A DNA stretch of 61,374 nucleotides, filler included, from Globobulimina sp. (GCA_003354225.1; 22 parts of 22 records of this genome joined end to end with filler, not necessarily neighbours in it), one strand, 5' to 3'. Positions 36,239 to 47,762 are shown, numbered from the whole stretch's first letter. Numbers and translations: made by a program. The notes: generated by a model not told the origin, from the sequence alone.

Positions 36239-36801
36239 NNNNNNNNNNNNNNNNNNNNNNNNNNNNNNNNNNNNNNNNNNNNTTAATTAATTAANNNNNN
36301 NNNNNNNNNNNNNNNNNNNNNNNNNNNNNNNNNNNNNNTATTTGTACTCACTGAATTAACAGGTGACAATACAAGCATTGAGGCAATATTTGCTGTAATA
36401 TCACTTGTCTTCATTGCTCCAACACCAGTCGTCTCATTCTGTGATGACATTGGCAGTGCGACTAAGTTCTATGTTGATTGTATCCCTATTCCCATCTCTT
36501 AAATGTGCCGGAATGCAACACTCAGAACAATTACACGCACATAAACTTAAACATTTATCTGATATACATTTCATAGCATATTGGCAAATCCTGTCAAATT
36601 AAATTTTGTGATTAGAAAACTGCATATACAAACAATCAAAAATCAGCAAATAAATAAGCTCTTCAAAAACTTGTGCTTAGTAATAATTAAAACCGCATCA
36701 CAAAAAAAAAACACGTGCTTTCTTCAAAACATAATTAGTTGAATTATTCATTGCAACCAAATGATGCTGAATTCATTTAGCCGCATTGATATATTACTTA
36801 C

Positions 36802-37707
36802 TTAATTATAATATTGATCATGTATTTGCTTGTAAGAAATTCCAGAAACCTGCAAAATGTATTCGCTTATTTGTTGCTGGAAATCATAAAATAACTTTGC
36901 ATGATTATCATAGTCCATATGTGCCAATTCGTGAGTGAATGTACTGAATATTTCATGGTCTTTTCTGTTGCCAACATATATTCCAATTGAACGTTTTCCA
37001 TTTTTTGTTCCTGCATTGTAGCCAACAGCGCCTCTCTGACTATTTCTGTTTTGTTTAATGGGCGCTTCCAATTCCACAACGACGTCAATGTTCCATTTAT
37101 TGTGTTTTACCACATTTTGCACTGCTTTTGAATACACCAAATTGTACAATTTCTTGTAGCCATCGTTTGTTTTAAAGTGGATGATTGGCCTCCAAATGGA
37201 AGTATTTTTATTGTTGTTGGCACTTTGAAGGTGATAACATAAACCGGACTCGATTGGTTTTAAAAAGGATAGAAAATTGTGGTTCAATTCAAAAGAACAG
37301 ATCAATTCTTCAACATTGTCACATTGCTTCTGGTTGGTTTCCATATTTATTTGAATCAAAATCTCTTTTAATATGCCATAGATACGAGATATTTGCTCGA
37401 TGTCCACAACAAATTCATGCAATAAATATCGAAAACTATAATTAGTCAATGATATGGATTTGGAAAAGCCAATGGATTCTAATATATCGATGCAAATCTT
37501 ATATTTGCTGAACAGTTTTGTTGTTTTGCAGTAATTCAATTTTCTGTATTTTTTGTCATTGGGAAATTTCAATAAATTTTTCAATATATTGATCAAGGCG
37601 CATTTTGCTGTTTGAGCGTCTTTATCATAAACTGCGCCAAATGCAAACCATGAAAAACTGACAATAAGCACGTGATCATTCACTCCAAAAAAAAACAGCT
37701 CACTCAT
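36802..37707 (-). CDS. PUB domain + WLM (Wss1-like) zinc metalloprotease
   Basis: PUB: ILKNLLKFPNDKKYRKLN...ILESIGF. WLM: W-x-I-x-x-V-x-E, GYN, I.I, TFTHELAH...H...FY. Confidence 0.75.
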   Translation of the reverse strand: MSELFFFGVNDHVLIVSFSWFAFGAVYDKDAQTAKCALINILKNLLKFPNDKKYRKLNYCKTTKLFSKYKICIDILESIGFSKSISLTNYSFRYLLHEFVVDIEQISRIYGILKEILIQINMETNQKQCDNVEELICSFELNHNFLSFLKPIESGLCYHLQSANNNKNTSIWRPIIHFKTNDGYKKLYNLVYSKAVQNVVKHNKWNIDVVVELEAPIKQNRNSQRGAVGYNAGTKNGKRSIGIYVGNRKDHEIFSTFTHELAHMDYDNHAKLFYDFQQQISEYILQVSGISYKQIHDQYYN

Positions 37708-37731
37708 TTGTAAAACTCTACTACTCAGCAC

Positions 37732-38514
37732 ATGGCGCTCTGGTTGGAAGTTTGTAGCTATTTACTATGGGCATTGTTTATAGCCGTTTCAGTGTATGGC
37801 AATATTCGTTTGTGGTCGTTTAAACAAGAACCCTTTATTCAAAAGAGATCAATTTCATCCGTTTTTGGATTAAATGCGACGTTTATCTGTTTAATGATAT
37901 CCTCATTATTTGAGCAAATACTGTCCACACATCGTTTTTCGGCGAATAACGAATGGATATTACTCAGTTCCTCGCTTGTCACATTTACAGCTTTTTGGTT
38001 TTTATTATTCTTTTTAAACACAACAAATTGGTTACTTTTCTATAAAATTAAATGGACATATTTTACATTTAAATACAAATGGCAACGAATAATAAATAAA
38101 GATGTGATTTCAATTAAAAATGAAAAAAATTGGTACATTGTAAATAACACTAAATATGGCAATCCAATGTACGTTAAAAAGGGTGTAGCCATATATTGCT
38201 TGGTTGGATTGCTGGTTTGTTCTGTCACAATGTGGTGGCTGTCTGTTACTGATACATTTGCCGGAGTGACATTGATAATATTGAGCATATTGCCGCCGTT
38301 TCTAACTTATACGGTGATTACCTGCAAAATACCATGCTTTGCTGATTCATTTTGGATTCGTGGCGAAAGTATAATGCGTTCGCGATTAATTTTATTATTT
38401 GTTATTTTTCAGCCAGTATTGCACGGCGTTGGTACAGCGGTTGAACATACTTTTGCTGTTTATATGGCCGGATATCCACTGATTGGTTTTGTGTTATTGG
38501 ATACTTTTAATTAA
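37732..38514 (+). CDS. 7TM-like membrane protein, probably 3' truncated
   Basis: Multiple TM segments and an FIQKR motif after TM1. Ends abruptly in a 20-bp direct repeat. Confidence 0.6.
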   Translation: MALWLEVCSYLLWALFIAVSVYGNIRLWSFKQEPFIQKRSISSVFGLNATFICLMISSLFEQILSTHRFSANNEWILLSSSLVTFTAFWFLLFFLNTTNWLLFYKIKWTYFTFKYKWQRIINKDVISIKNEKNWYIVNNTKYGNPMYVKKGVAIYCLVGLLVCSVTMWWLSVTDTFAGVTLIILSILPPFLTYTVITCKIPCFADSFWIRGESIMRSRLILLFVIFQPVLHGVGTAVEHTFAVYMAGYPLIGFVLLDTFN

Positions 38515-38749
38515 TGGATACTAGAGAGGATATAAATGGATACTTTTAATTAATGGTCTCAGTGATCGTTGACGTTTAAAAACTTAATTCAGAGCAGGAA
38601 AAGTGTAGATAATAACATATTGATGTATGTATTTTCAATATGCAGCTGTCACACATTAAATTATTTTACAATGCAAATTCGCACTATCATTCACCTCATT
38701 TTATTTACCCCAATCAGTCAATTCAATGTTAACCAAATGTATTATTATA

Positions 38750-39032
38750 ATGATCTTAAACATTCTATCAATGACTTCCTGCAGTAACAAGAGCCGATTA
38801 ATAGGTTCAAACGATTTATTAAGTCACATCTATCAATGGCTAACATCCACGGAATTAGTAAACAAATATTTAAATCCTGAAAACATTCGTTTTAGGAAAG
38901 TGGCAGAGTCTGAACTGAAACGAAGAAATTTAGGAACTGCAAATAATACAATACACTCAGACGATTATGGAAGATTAATAAATGCATTTATGAGCCAAGA
39001 AAAAGGAAAAGAAAATAGAATAATTGCACGCT
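38750..39032 (+). CDS. 5' fragment of a hypothetical protein
   Basis: ORF open to the contig end. Confidence 0.35.
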
Positions 39033-39133
39033 NNNNNNNNNNNNNNNNNNNNNNNNNNNNNNNNNNNNNNNNNNNNTTAATTAATTAANNNNNNNNNNNN
39101 NNNNNNNNNNNNNNNNNNNNNNNNNNNNNNNNA

Positions 39134-40885
39134 ATGAAATTATTTGCATTACTGACATTGCCAACCATCATTTCAGCATCTAAATTTTTAGCATCTGACA
39201 ATGCATGTTTTAATGCTGTCGATAGGAGCCAATCAACAATATTCAATGCACCAATGGATGGCACTCTTATAGGCGTCGAACTCAATCATAAATCTGGATC
39301 TGTCAATTGCGATTACAATAATTACGAATACACAAAGTGGGGCTGTGAATGGGGAGATGACCCAATAATGGTATTCATGGAAAAAGTCACTAATCCCAAC
39401 TCCAACTCGTTTGAAGGTGACATATATTATCCAACCACCTCAACAGATGATGTGGCCTTAACTGATTGGTCGCAACATTGGACATTTTACACCATGACAT
39501 CCTACACTATGAACTCCGATCAAATTGCGTTGGTTAACCCAAAATACACTGTCTCCACTCATGCAAATGAGCAGTTTATGCTGCAATATGGCGAAGCCGA
39601 TGGCAGATCCAATGTAGAAAACGATGGTACTTCTTGCGCTGAGGTTTACTTCCTTTATGATCTCGACAAAATGTGTACTGTAGCTTCTAAGAGCATTAGT
39701 TGTCAGGATATTTGTGTATATGGTAATTATGCGTCCTCTCTCGATGGGACCTATGTGTGGCACCATTATGATTCTTCCACTGGCAGTTCTGTATATTTTT
39801 GTGCTTTGTGCCAACCAGGCAGTTATTTGTTTGTTTGGTCATTCGAAAACGGTTTGAATTGGAGAATAGGCTCCGATTACAATGAAGCGAATGCACATTC
39901 TTCGTGTCATACGGATGCAAACGATGCAGTGGATGGGGTATTACGTCCTGAATTGTGTGACAGTTCAAATTGGAGATCATATTTTAATGATGAGTGGAAT
40001 GAACAGAGTATAACAGTGCAAAAATGTAATTATTACACCAAACAAACAACCAAACAAACAACCACAAAAGCACCGGATTATGGAGGATATGGACCTGACA
40101 ATGATAATGATTCTGATTCAAATACAGCGCTATTTATTGGTTTAGGATGCGGGTTGGGAATACCTTTGGTTTTAGCTCTTTTTTTGATTTGTTGTAAAAG
40201 TGCTAGCAACAATGCAAAGACAGCTGATGATATAAATGGAAGTGGGCCAACGAAAGGAGATGAAAACTGTCAGGAACATAATGGCCAAAGCCGACAGACT
40301 CAAGTTGTTTATAATAACAATGAAGCACAGAACAAACAACCTGAACATGTACAAAATATAGGAATGGTCCAGTTTCAATGTACACAGAATGAGAATCAGA
40401 ATGAAGGTGGAAATATGGAAGAAGGGCCTGGTGAAGAAAATGAGTTCGATAATGATTATGGAAATGAACCTGAAATAAATGAATATAACAACGAACCTGA
40501 ATATGAACCTGAATATGAACCGGAAGATGAACCGGAAGATGAACCTGAATATGAACCTGAATATGAACCGGAAGGCAATGATTATCAAAATGAATATGAA
40601 AATGAGATTGAGAATGAAAACGTAAACGATTATGACAATGATTATGAAAATGAAAATGGAAACGATTATGATAATGATTATGGAAACGATTATGGTAATG
40701 ATTATGGAACAAATGCCCCCGATTTTCATATTGTTCCAGATGATTTTGTATTGCTCCATGGCCATGATATGGAACAAATGCCTGTGGATATCCCAGAGCC
40801 AGTTCCTGAACCTGTTTATGAGCCACCTCCTGTTGAATATGTGCCTGAATATGCTTTTGGTATGGAATTTGGTGCAATGATATAA
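39134..40885 (+). CDS. Type I membrane protein: Cys/Trp-rich ectodomain, TM, acidic Tyr-rich repeat tail
   Basis: Signal peptide MKLFALLTLPTIISA; TM ALFIGLGCGLGIPLVLALFLICC; EPEY and NDY[GDE] repeats. Confidence 0.8.
   Translation: MKLFALLTLPTIISASKFLASDNACFNAVDRSQSTIFNAPMDGTLIGVELNHKSGSVNCDYNNYEYTKWGCEWGDDPIMVFMEKVTNPNSNSFEGDIYYPTTSTDDVALTDWSQHWTFYTMTSYTMNSDQIALVNPKYTVSTHANEQFMLQYGEADGRSNVENDGTSCAEVYFLYDLDKMCTVASKSISCQDICVYGNYASSLDGTYVWHHYDSSTGSSVYFCALCQPGSYLFVWSFENGLNWRIGSDYNEANAHSSCHTDANDAVDGVLRPELCDSSNWRSYFNDEWNEQSITVQKCNYYTKQTTKQTTTKAPDYGGYGPDNDNDSDSNTALFIGLGCGLGIPLVLALFLICCKSASNNAKTADDINGSGPTKGDENCQEHNGQSRQTQVVYNNNEAQNKQPEHVQNIGMVQFQCTQNENQNEGGNMEEGPGEENEFDNDYGNEPEINEYNNEPEYEPEYEPEDEPEDEPEYEPEYEPEGNDYQNEYENEIENENVNDYDNDYENENGNDYDNDYGNDYGNDYGTNAPDFHIVPDDFVLLHGHDMEQMPVDIPEPVPEPVYEPPPVEYVPEYAFGMEFGAMI
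40490..40710 (+). repeat. Coding 12-bp tandem repeats (EPEY/EPED and NDYG-type)
   Basis: GAACCTGAATAT and AACGATTATGG[AT]-type units. Confidence 0.85.
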
Positions 40886-41018
40886 TCAAAAATGTAAATA
40901 TTATTGTAAATGTTTTGTGGTGTCCCTATTTTGTGTATCAATAGATATAGTTCTTTATTAAATAATTTGTGTTGTGTGTTGATTTTATGGATTTATCTCC
41001 GTAAATAATCTTTCAAAG

Positions 41019-41774
41019 TCAAATCGTTTTTGCTCCATGTCCCGAACCAAAATGGCAGTTTGAAATCAAAGTATCGTTGGCATGCATCGCCACATTGTCG
41101 TCGCCCGTATTTATGGTCGAGTCGTGCACATAAAAAGGCTGTCCATGGACGTCGATGCCGTCCGTGTTATGGGACTCTGCGTCTTTGTTGGAAAGGACAG
41201 AGGGCGGATTTTGGATTTGTATGTTGCTGATTTCCGTATAATCGGTATACATTTCCAAGCAATGATTGGGACAGTCATAAATATGGATATTTGCAATCAC
41301 CACATTTGTCGATGTGTGGGCACTCATTATTTTTGGCCGGAAATCGTTTCTGTTTTTCCACCACACTGCTCCTTGGCCATTGATATTGCCTCCACCAGAA
41401 ACCACAAAATTTGTCAACGAATGGACAAATAAAAAATCAGTGTCTTTGGGCCATTTGGAACGGTCATTTGAAACAAGGAGAGTTGCGCCGGAACTGATGG
41501 TCAAGGCACAATCCGTGCATTTATACTGCAAATTCAATGGGCCCGTTAAGAAGGTCTTGCCGCCGGGAATCAAAACTTGCGCAGACGAGCCTTGCCCATA
41601 ACACGCGGCTATGGCGGCTTGAATGGCCGCCGTATCATCGCTTTTGCCGTCCCCTTTGCCTCCATAGTCCATTGGATTGCATACATGAGAGTACGCCTCG
41701 ATTTCTTCAAAATAATGGAAAGATCGAACACTTGCAATCACAAAACATAATATAACTAAAACGACCGCTGGCAT
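41019..41774 (-). CDS. Secreted GH28 polygalacturonase-like enzyme, C-terminally truncated
   Basis: Signal peptide; DYGGKGDGKSDDTAAIQAAI, GGGNINGQG..WW, NTDGIDV, GDDNVA, GHG. Stops before the SIGS and RIK motifs. Confidence 0.88.
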   Translation of the reverse strand: MPAVVLVILCFVIASVRSFHYFEEIEAYSHVCNPMDYGGKGDGKSDDTAAIQAAIAACYGQGSSAQVLIPGGKTFLTGPLNLQYKCTDCALTISSGATLLVSNDRSKWPKDTDFLFVHSLTNFVVSGGGNINGQGAVWWKNRNDFRPKIMSAHTSTNVVIANIHIYDCPNHCLEMYTDYTEISNIQIQNPPSVLSNKDAESHNTDGIDVHGQPFYVHDSTINTGDDNVAMHANDTLISNCHFGSGHGAKTI

Positions 41775-42330
41775 TGCTACTTTCTAGCAAGTTCCACTGG
41801 AGATAAAAAATTAATAATTTTGTTTNNNNNNNNNNNNNNNNNNNNNNNNNNNNNNNNNNNNNNNNNNNNTTAATTAATTAANNNNNNNNNNNNNNNNNNN
41901 NNNNNNNNNNNNNNNNNNNNNNNNNATAATGATTTTGCAACTCCAATGACACCACAATCAAATTCACAAAGGCCAACAGATCAAATTGTTACAATTGAAT
42001 TGACATAATCTGTTACTAAATTTCATGTATATATATAAAAAGTACCTCATGCATATAATAGTGTCTTTTTGTGATCGATAACTCATATCATGACTTTAGT
42101 AGAAAAACAGCAAATGAATGACTCAAATAATGACGTTTCTTTCAACAAGCAACGAAAGCGGTTCTATCCGCTAGTCCGAATTTAACGAAGAAGATATTGA
42201 TAGACGGACATTCTATAGCAGTTTAAATCAAATTATAAATTAAAAAATGGAAGGCTTATTATATTTAATAATTGGTATTGTAAAAACAATAAATAATATA
42301 TCAAATAAGAGATTTTAAATAAGAGATCAT

Positions 42331-42789
42331 TTAATTGTGTGGTACTTGCAGCGCTGGAATCTGATGGTATTGCTCAAATTGTGTTTCTAAGTCTTTCAAT
42401 TCGATTTGGAGCTTCATTTGTTCCATACTTTCCTTATCGCTTTTTGATGTTCCAAGACTGCGTAAAAATGTGCGTCTTGCTAGTTTCTCACTGTACTGTT
42501 GTCTTAACCGATTCATCTCTTGTTCCAAAGGAGAAACATGTGTAGGTATCAACAATCTGGAAACTAGGGCCTCATGTTCTTGGTTCCTTTCTTCCTTCTC
42601 TAGTGCTGCTATCTTTTCGTTGTATTCGTCGAGTAAAGCGAGAGCACCATTAAAATTATAATTTATACCATCGACATTGGTCATAATGTGAGTCTCTATT
42701 TTGTTTCTGTCTCGGAGCAATTGTTGCATTTCTGCACTGCCAGCATTGATGATATCAATAACTATAAATACTGTTAGTAATCCAATCAT
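42331..42789 (-). CDS. Small secreted helical protein
   Basis: Signal peptide MIGLLTVFIVIDIINA; coiled-coil-like body. Confidence 0.6.
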   Translation of the reverse strand: MIGLLTVFIVIDIINAGSAEMQQLLRDRNKIETHIMTNVDGINYNFNGALALLDEYNEKIAALEKEERNQEHEALVSRLLIPTHVSPLEQEMNRLRQQYSEKLARRTFLRSLGTSKSDKESMEQMKLQIELKDLETQFEQYHQIPALQVPHN

Positions 42790-43336
42790 GCTTAGTCAAC
42801 ACTGCTTGTTTAGTTAATATTACTTGTGGCGCCTGTCAATGTATCTATTATTGATAATGATAAATACGATTATATGAATCACTAAATTTAGAGTGGATGT
42901 GTATAAAAAATATAATTATGACAGCTGCAGTTATTGTATGTGTAAAATCCAAAACCAAATGTTTCGTTTTTAATGCTTTTTATCGCGTTTTACCGCTTTT
43001 GTACGCAGTAAAAATCTAAAACAACGTTTAGTTAAAGAGATAAAATAATATCTAATAAATTTTGTATTTGATATTGCATCGTCTCTCAAACATCCGGAAT
43101 TTTTCAATGTATAGTTATTCAAAATTTGCATTGCAATCAAAATAAATATATATCGACCATGATATAGGAATAGCATTGAATCAATAAATTGTGCCATTTA
43201 AATTGATGAATATTATGGCTGATATTGTTGCTCAAATGCTGCGGTACAAAATCTTAAAAACTTCTTTACTTCTTTTTTTTCACCATGTTTGCTTCAGTTG
43301 TACAAGGATCGTACAAGTAACACAATTATTGGTATA

Positions 43337-44618
43337 ATGCAACTCAATCCAGCATCAGATTCGTCATCTTCATCAGACTCAGGCAGTGATGACAGTGACC
43401 TGGACAACAAACCAAATGATCACCAAATTCAAACTAATAATTCCAATAATAAAAATGTACCATCATCCAAACAAACTCCATTGAATATCAACAATGATAA
43501 CGATAACAACGGTAGTAACCGTAAAAGAAAACTATCAAATATTAATCCCCCAAACAGTAAACCCACTGATTTATCAATCTCCGGTCCACCAAAAAAGCGA
43601 CAACGAACAAATAATATCACGATAAACACACACATTGATAACGAGGAGAGGAAGCAGCGAAAAAAGAGGAAATGCGATAAAAACAAAAACAAAAAGAAAA
43701 AACGAAAAAAAGCTGAAACTCCGCCTAAAAAACCGGTTTGCGGCGTTAAAATCGAAGAATTGGAATGTATCGTTTGCAGAGACTTGCCGCAGCTAAAAAT
43801 CTATCGATGCGTCAACAGCCATTTGTTGTGCGACAAATGCTATGCCCGAATCTGCGAAGGAAAGGACTGTCTCTGCCCCGAATGCCGCGTCCCAATGAGC
43901 CGCAGACAGCCGTCTCGCAACAAATTGGCTGAAAACTATTTGAAAGCGCATTTATTTGACTGTCTCAACGCAGAGCGAGGCTGTAAAGATAAGATTCAAT
44001 TTTGTTATTTGAATGAACACTCGTTTCATGAATGCAAATACCGCCAAATCGAGTGCAAATTCAGTATCTTAGGTTGTGAGTGGGGCGGTTTGGCCAAAGA
44101 TCGCTCCAAACACAATAAAATCTGTCCCATTAAAAGCACGGAACCGAAGAAGATCTTGAAATTGGTGTCGCATTTAAAGGTTGAAAACCAGGAGAAACAG
44201 AAAAAAAAAGATGAACAAATCAATAAATACGCGAAGATCGCAAAATTATTCGAGATGCGCGCGAGGAACATAGTTTGCAAAGACATTCGCATCGCGCCGT
44301 GGAACGTGAATAGCAAGAAAACGGTGGAGATTATGAATAGTAACATTTTCGTGGTGATGCGGAAGCGATGGCAGTTTCAGCTGAAAGTGGAGAAAGTGGG
44401 CAATCCGAAGAAGAATAAAAATAATACCAACAATTCGACGGAAGTGAATGGCGAGAAATTGAATAAATTATACATCCGATTGCAGTGTTTGTCCACAGCG
44501 CGGCGCCGCATTCCCTATCAAATTTGCGTGATTCGCGGACCTGATTTTGGATGGAAATTAGAGCCCATTCAGTTTGAGTGTGAGATGACGAAGAATTGCC
44601 GCGATAGCAAATGGATTG
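43337..44618 (+). CDS. RING + TRAF/Sina-type zinc-finger E3 ligase, CYHR1/ZFTRAF1-like (3' truncated)
   Basis: CIVCRDLP...IYRCVNSHLLCDKC...CPECR...RNKLAE, then CKYR..ECKF..LGCEWGG; basic NLS-like tracts. Confidence 0.8.
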
Positions 44619-44785
44619 NNNNNNNNNNNNNNNNNNNNNNNNNNNNNNNNNNNNNNNNNNNNTTAATTAATTAANNNNNNNNNNNNNNNNNNNNNNNNNN
44701 NNNNNNNNNNNNNNNNNNAACATTTCAAGGTTATAAATATAAAAAAAAAACAGGTTTTTACTAAGTCAGTAATCTTGCAAATAGC

Positions 44786-45529
44786 ATGAATTGCATTATC
44801 AAAACAGCGAATCGTTGTTTGAAGATATGTACACCTAAGGTGGGAAAATACAATCCATTGAGAACATTGAAGAGAATATCGGTAATTCAGAGACGTCATT
44901 TATACAAAGGATACTATACGCATAGAATATATCCCATCGTCTATGCCAAACGTTTTAATTCTGGTGACAGTAATAAAAATATATTACTGTCTGCTTGTAC
45001 ACCTGGCACATTTATTATGAAATATTATTTTGAAGTGTTTGGTGAATTACTTGCTTTGCATGATAAAAACGATAACAATGACAAAGATATGGCAAAAAGA
45101 TGGTGGGAATGTGTAGCGTATGTTTGTAGAGGCAATGGCGAATTGAGTAAGGAAGAAGAGCGATGGATTCGGGGTTTAATTGATATTAATAAACATAGCT
45201 TTGACGAGGAGGCTCTTTCCAAAATATTAGCTGGCAAACAAATCCCATTAAACTTGGATATATATCTATATAATTGGGTGCATGAAAAGGGTTTTTCCGA
45301 AGTTCATATGGCGAAGACTGGCATAGAAAGAGCTGGGGATGGACAGAAACAAAGTTTAATATTAATATCATTAATAGCCTGTGCTCAGGATGGATTACAC
45401 GAAGCTGAATTAAGAAAAGCATATGAATTGGCTCGCAAATTAGGCGTTGATAAAAGTAAAGTTGATGAATTAGTGAAAATTTTGAAGTTGGAACAAGAAT
45501 TATTTGATAAGCTTAGGAGAAACGTGTAA
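44786..45529 (+). CDS. TerB-like helical protein with a probable mitochondrial presequence
   Basis: Two TerB-like halves (VC-x-GNGELSKEEERWI; IACAQDGLHEAEL...ARKLGV). The first roughly 58 aa are basic with no acidic residues and end RFNS. Confidence 0.65.
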   Translation: MNCIIKTANRCLKICTPKVGKYNPLRTLKRISVIQRRHLYKGYYTHRIYPIVYAKRFNSGDSNKNILLSACTPGTFIMKYYFEVFGELLALHDKNDNNDKDMAKRWWECVAYVCRGNGELSKEEERWIRGLIDINKHSFDEEALSKILAGKQIPLNLDIYLYNWVHEKGFSEVHMAKTGIERAGDGQKQSLILISLIACAQDGLHEAELRKAYELARKLGVDKSKVDELVKILKLEQELFDKLRRNV

Positions 45530-45831
45530 AGTGTATACGGATTTTAATTTACATTCATAATGAATATAATTAATTTTGTAAGTTTTATATTTTGAATATA
45601 ATGCCATTGTTTAACTGTAATGTATGTTGTTGGTAATGTAAATGTAAAACAATCATACTGTACTTTGCATGTCAACGTAGGGAAACGTTGGCACACTCGT
45701 CTCCGATTTGTGCTATCAGATTGTAAGTTTTGTTCGTTGGATAAACCAGATACTATTTAAATAGTGTTCCTCTCTAACTAAGCTTTAACACATTTGTGGA
45801 TAACTTTTCTTTCACTGGCATTTAACAAAAC

Positions 45832-47411
45832 ATGTCCGCGAGTCTAGATAATTTAATATGTGAATTATATGGTGACTATAGAGTTAAAAATAAAGATGTG
45901 GTGCTATTTGAAAAATTTGTTGGAACTACAAATATGGATCGGTATGCATTGTTTGATGATATAAAACAAGCAAATAAATGCGAGAATGAGAATAATTCAT
46001 CAGAAACAGTTGAATGGTTGATATCCAACAACTGCTATACCACAATATATCCTGTAATCGTTGAATTTATGTCTCAATATTTGACAGACCCAAAACGCGA
46101 AGAAATGCTTAATTTTTTAACAGATTTTTTAGAACGGTTCACATCAGAATCGACACATAAACTCTCCATAACATATTTGAAAAAATTGCAAGCCATTCTC
46201 TCGAAATTATTTGCGCATCAAAAGCAATTTATAAACAATATGGATGACAACCGATTGACATTAAATTTGAGATATCATGATCAATATAATCAATTTCTAC
46301 CATTACTAACTATATTACTGCACAAAATCTATGATTCATTCGATTGCAATCATTATATTCATTCATTAGAATACTTAAATGTATTCCAACTATTTCTAGA
46401 AAACGGAGCCAATCCACTCAATAAAACACGGGATGGATGGCTTAGTTTTAAGAGAATGATTCGAATATTGGATGTTTTATATGGTTTGTATCCAATGGTT
46501 ATTAAAAATGCAATTGTTGAGGAATTAGTGGTGAATAAATATTTATCATTGCTGACATATGGCAAAAGGCACGATTCTGACGATATGGAATCATGGTTTC
46601 CAACTATTTTGACAATGAAACACAACACATATAATAATAACACATGTGTTTCTTTTGTAAATGATGCTTTTTTAAATCCATATTCATATAAATATTGTGC
46701 GCATACAGCAGAGCAAAAACAATGTATTCAATCCATTTATTGTTTGAAATATTTGTTAATCCGCGGCTTTAATATAATTGATATTGAAAATGATGGTATC
46801 ATCGATGCGGTTATATCAAAATCGCAAATTATTAAAAATATATGCTTTCAAAATAATTATATAAATAATCCGACTTATCCAAGGTTGCGAGGTAAAATTA
46901 TTTTATTATTATGGATTTTAAAGATATTAATTATTGAAATTAGAGATGAATTTGTCTCTGCATTTCATAAAATATATAACGAATCGCATGAGGAACTTAA
47001 ACAAGAATGTGGTGGCACAGCGGTGTCTTATTCAGTATGGATAATGATTATGGACTATGGCATTGTGAATAAATTAACATTTTTAAATCAAATTGATGAT
47101 AATTATTTTGTTCAAAACGCAGATTGGATGTCATTGCATGAGTTATCTCCTCAAATTATAATATTTATATTTAACAACATATTGAATAAATTATCGGCAA
47201 ATAATTTAAAATTTGTGGTTAATAAAATGGCGGATGATATAAGATCGTTTATTGAGATATTCAAAACAATATTGTTCCAAAATAATGAAACAAAGTATGA
47301 CAATACGATTATTCCGAAAATGTGTCAATATTTGTTAGTTAGCAATAATTATAATAACAGGTTTTTAATCAAACAAATATTTGATACTCATTTAATGCAA
47401 AAAATATTTGA
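45832..47411 (+). CDS. Hypothetical protein with degenerate ankyrin-like ends (3' truncated)
   Basis: Long ORF; LFLENGANP and YLLIRGFNI resemble ankyrin repeat C-halves. Confidence 0.6.
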
Positions 47412-47762
47412 NNNNNNNNNNNNNNNNNNNNNNNNNNNNNNNNNNNNNNNNNNNNTTAATTAATTAANNNNNNNNNNNNNNNNNNNNNNNNNNNNNNNNN
47501 NNNNNNNNNNNCTTAGTGTTTCTGTTACCGGTAATAAATTATATAAAACACAAGATATTAACGGCAAATATTTGTGCTGAAAAACTTGTGCTGAAACATT
47601 GTCACTATCTTCACATAGAACTGAACTGCGATCATCAATAAAAATACAAAACAAACGCGTGCTTAATGCTGAGAAATTATATTTTATAGAAAAGCTTCTG
47701 TCAACAAAAAATAAACAAATCAGAAACTAAAGAAGTAAATCGATTTTAGTTTATTAGTGAAT

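Noticed and set aside
40172-40889. Long antisense ORFs (FIFR and VHIQ repeats)
   Set aside because: Shadow frames of the 12-bp coding repeats on the plus strand.
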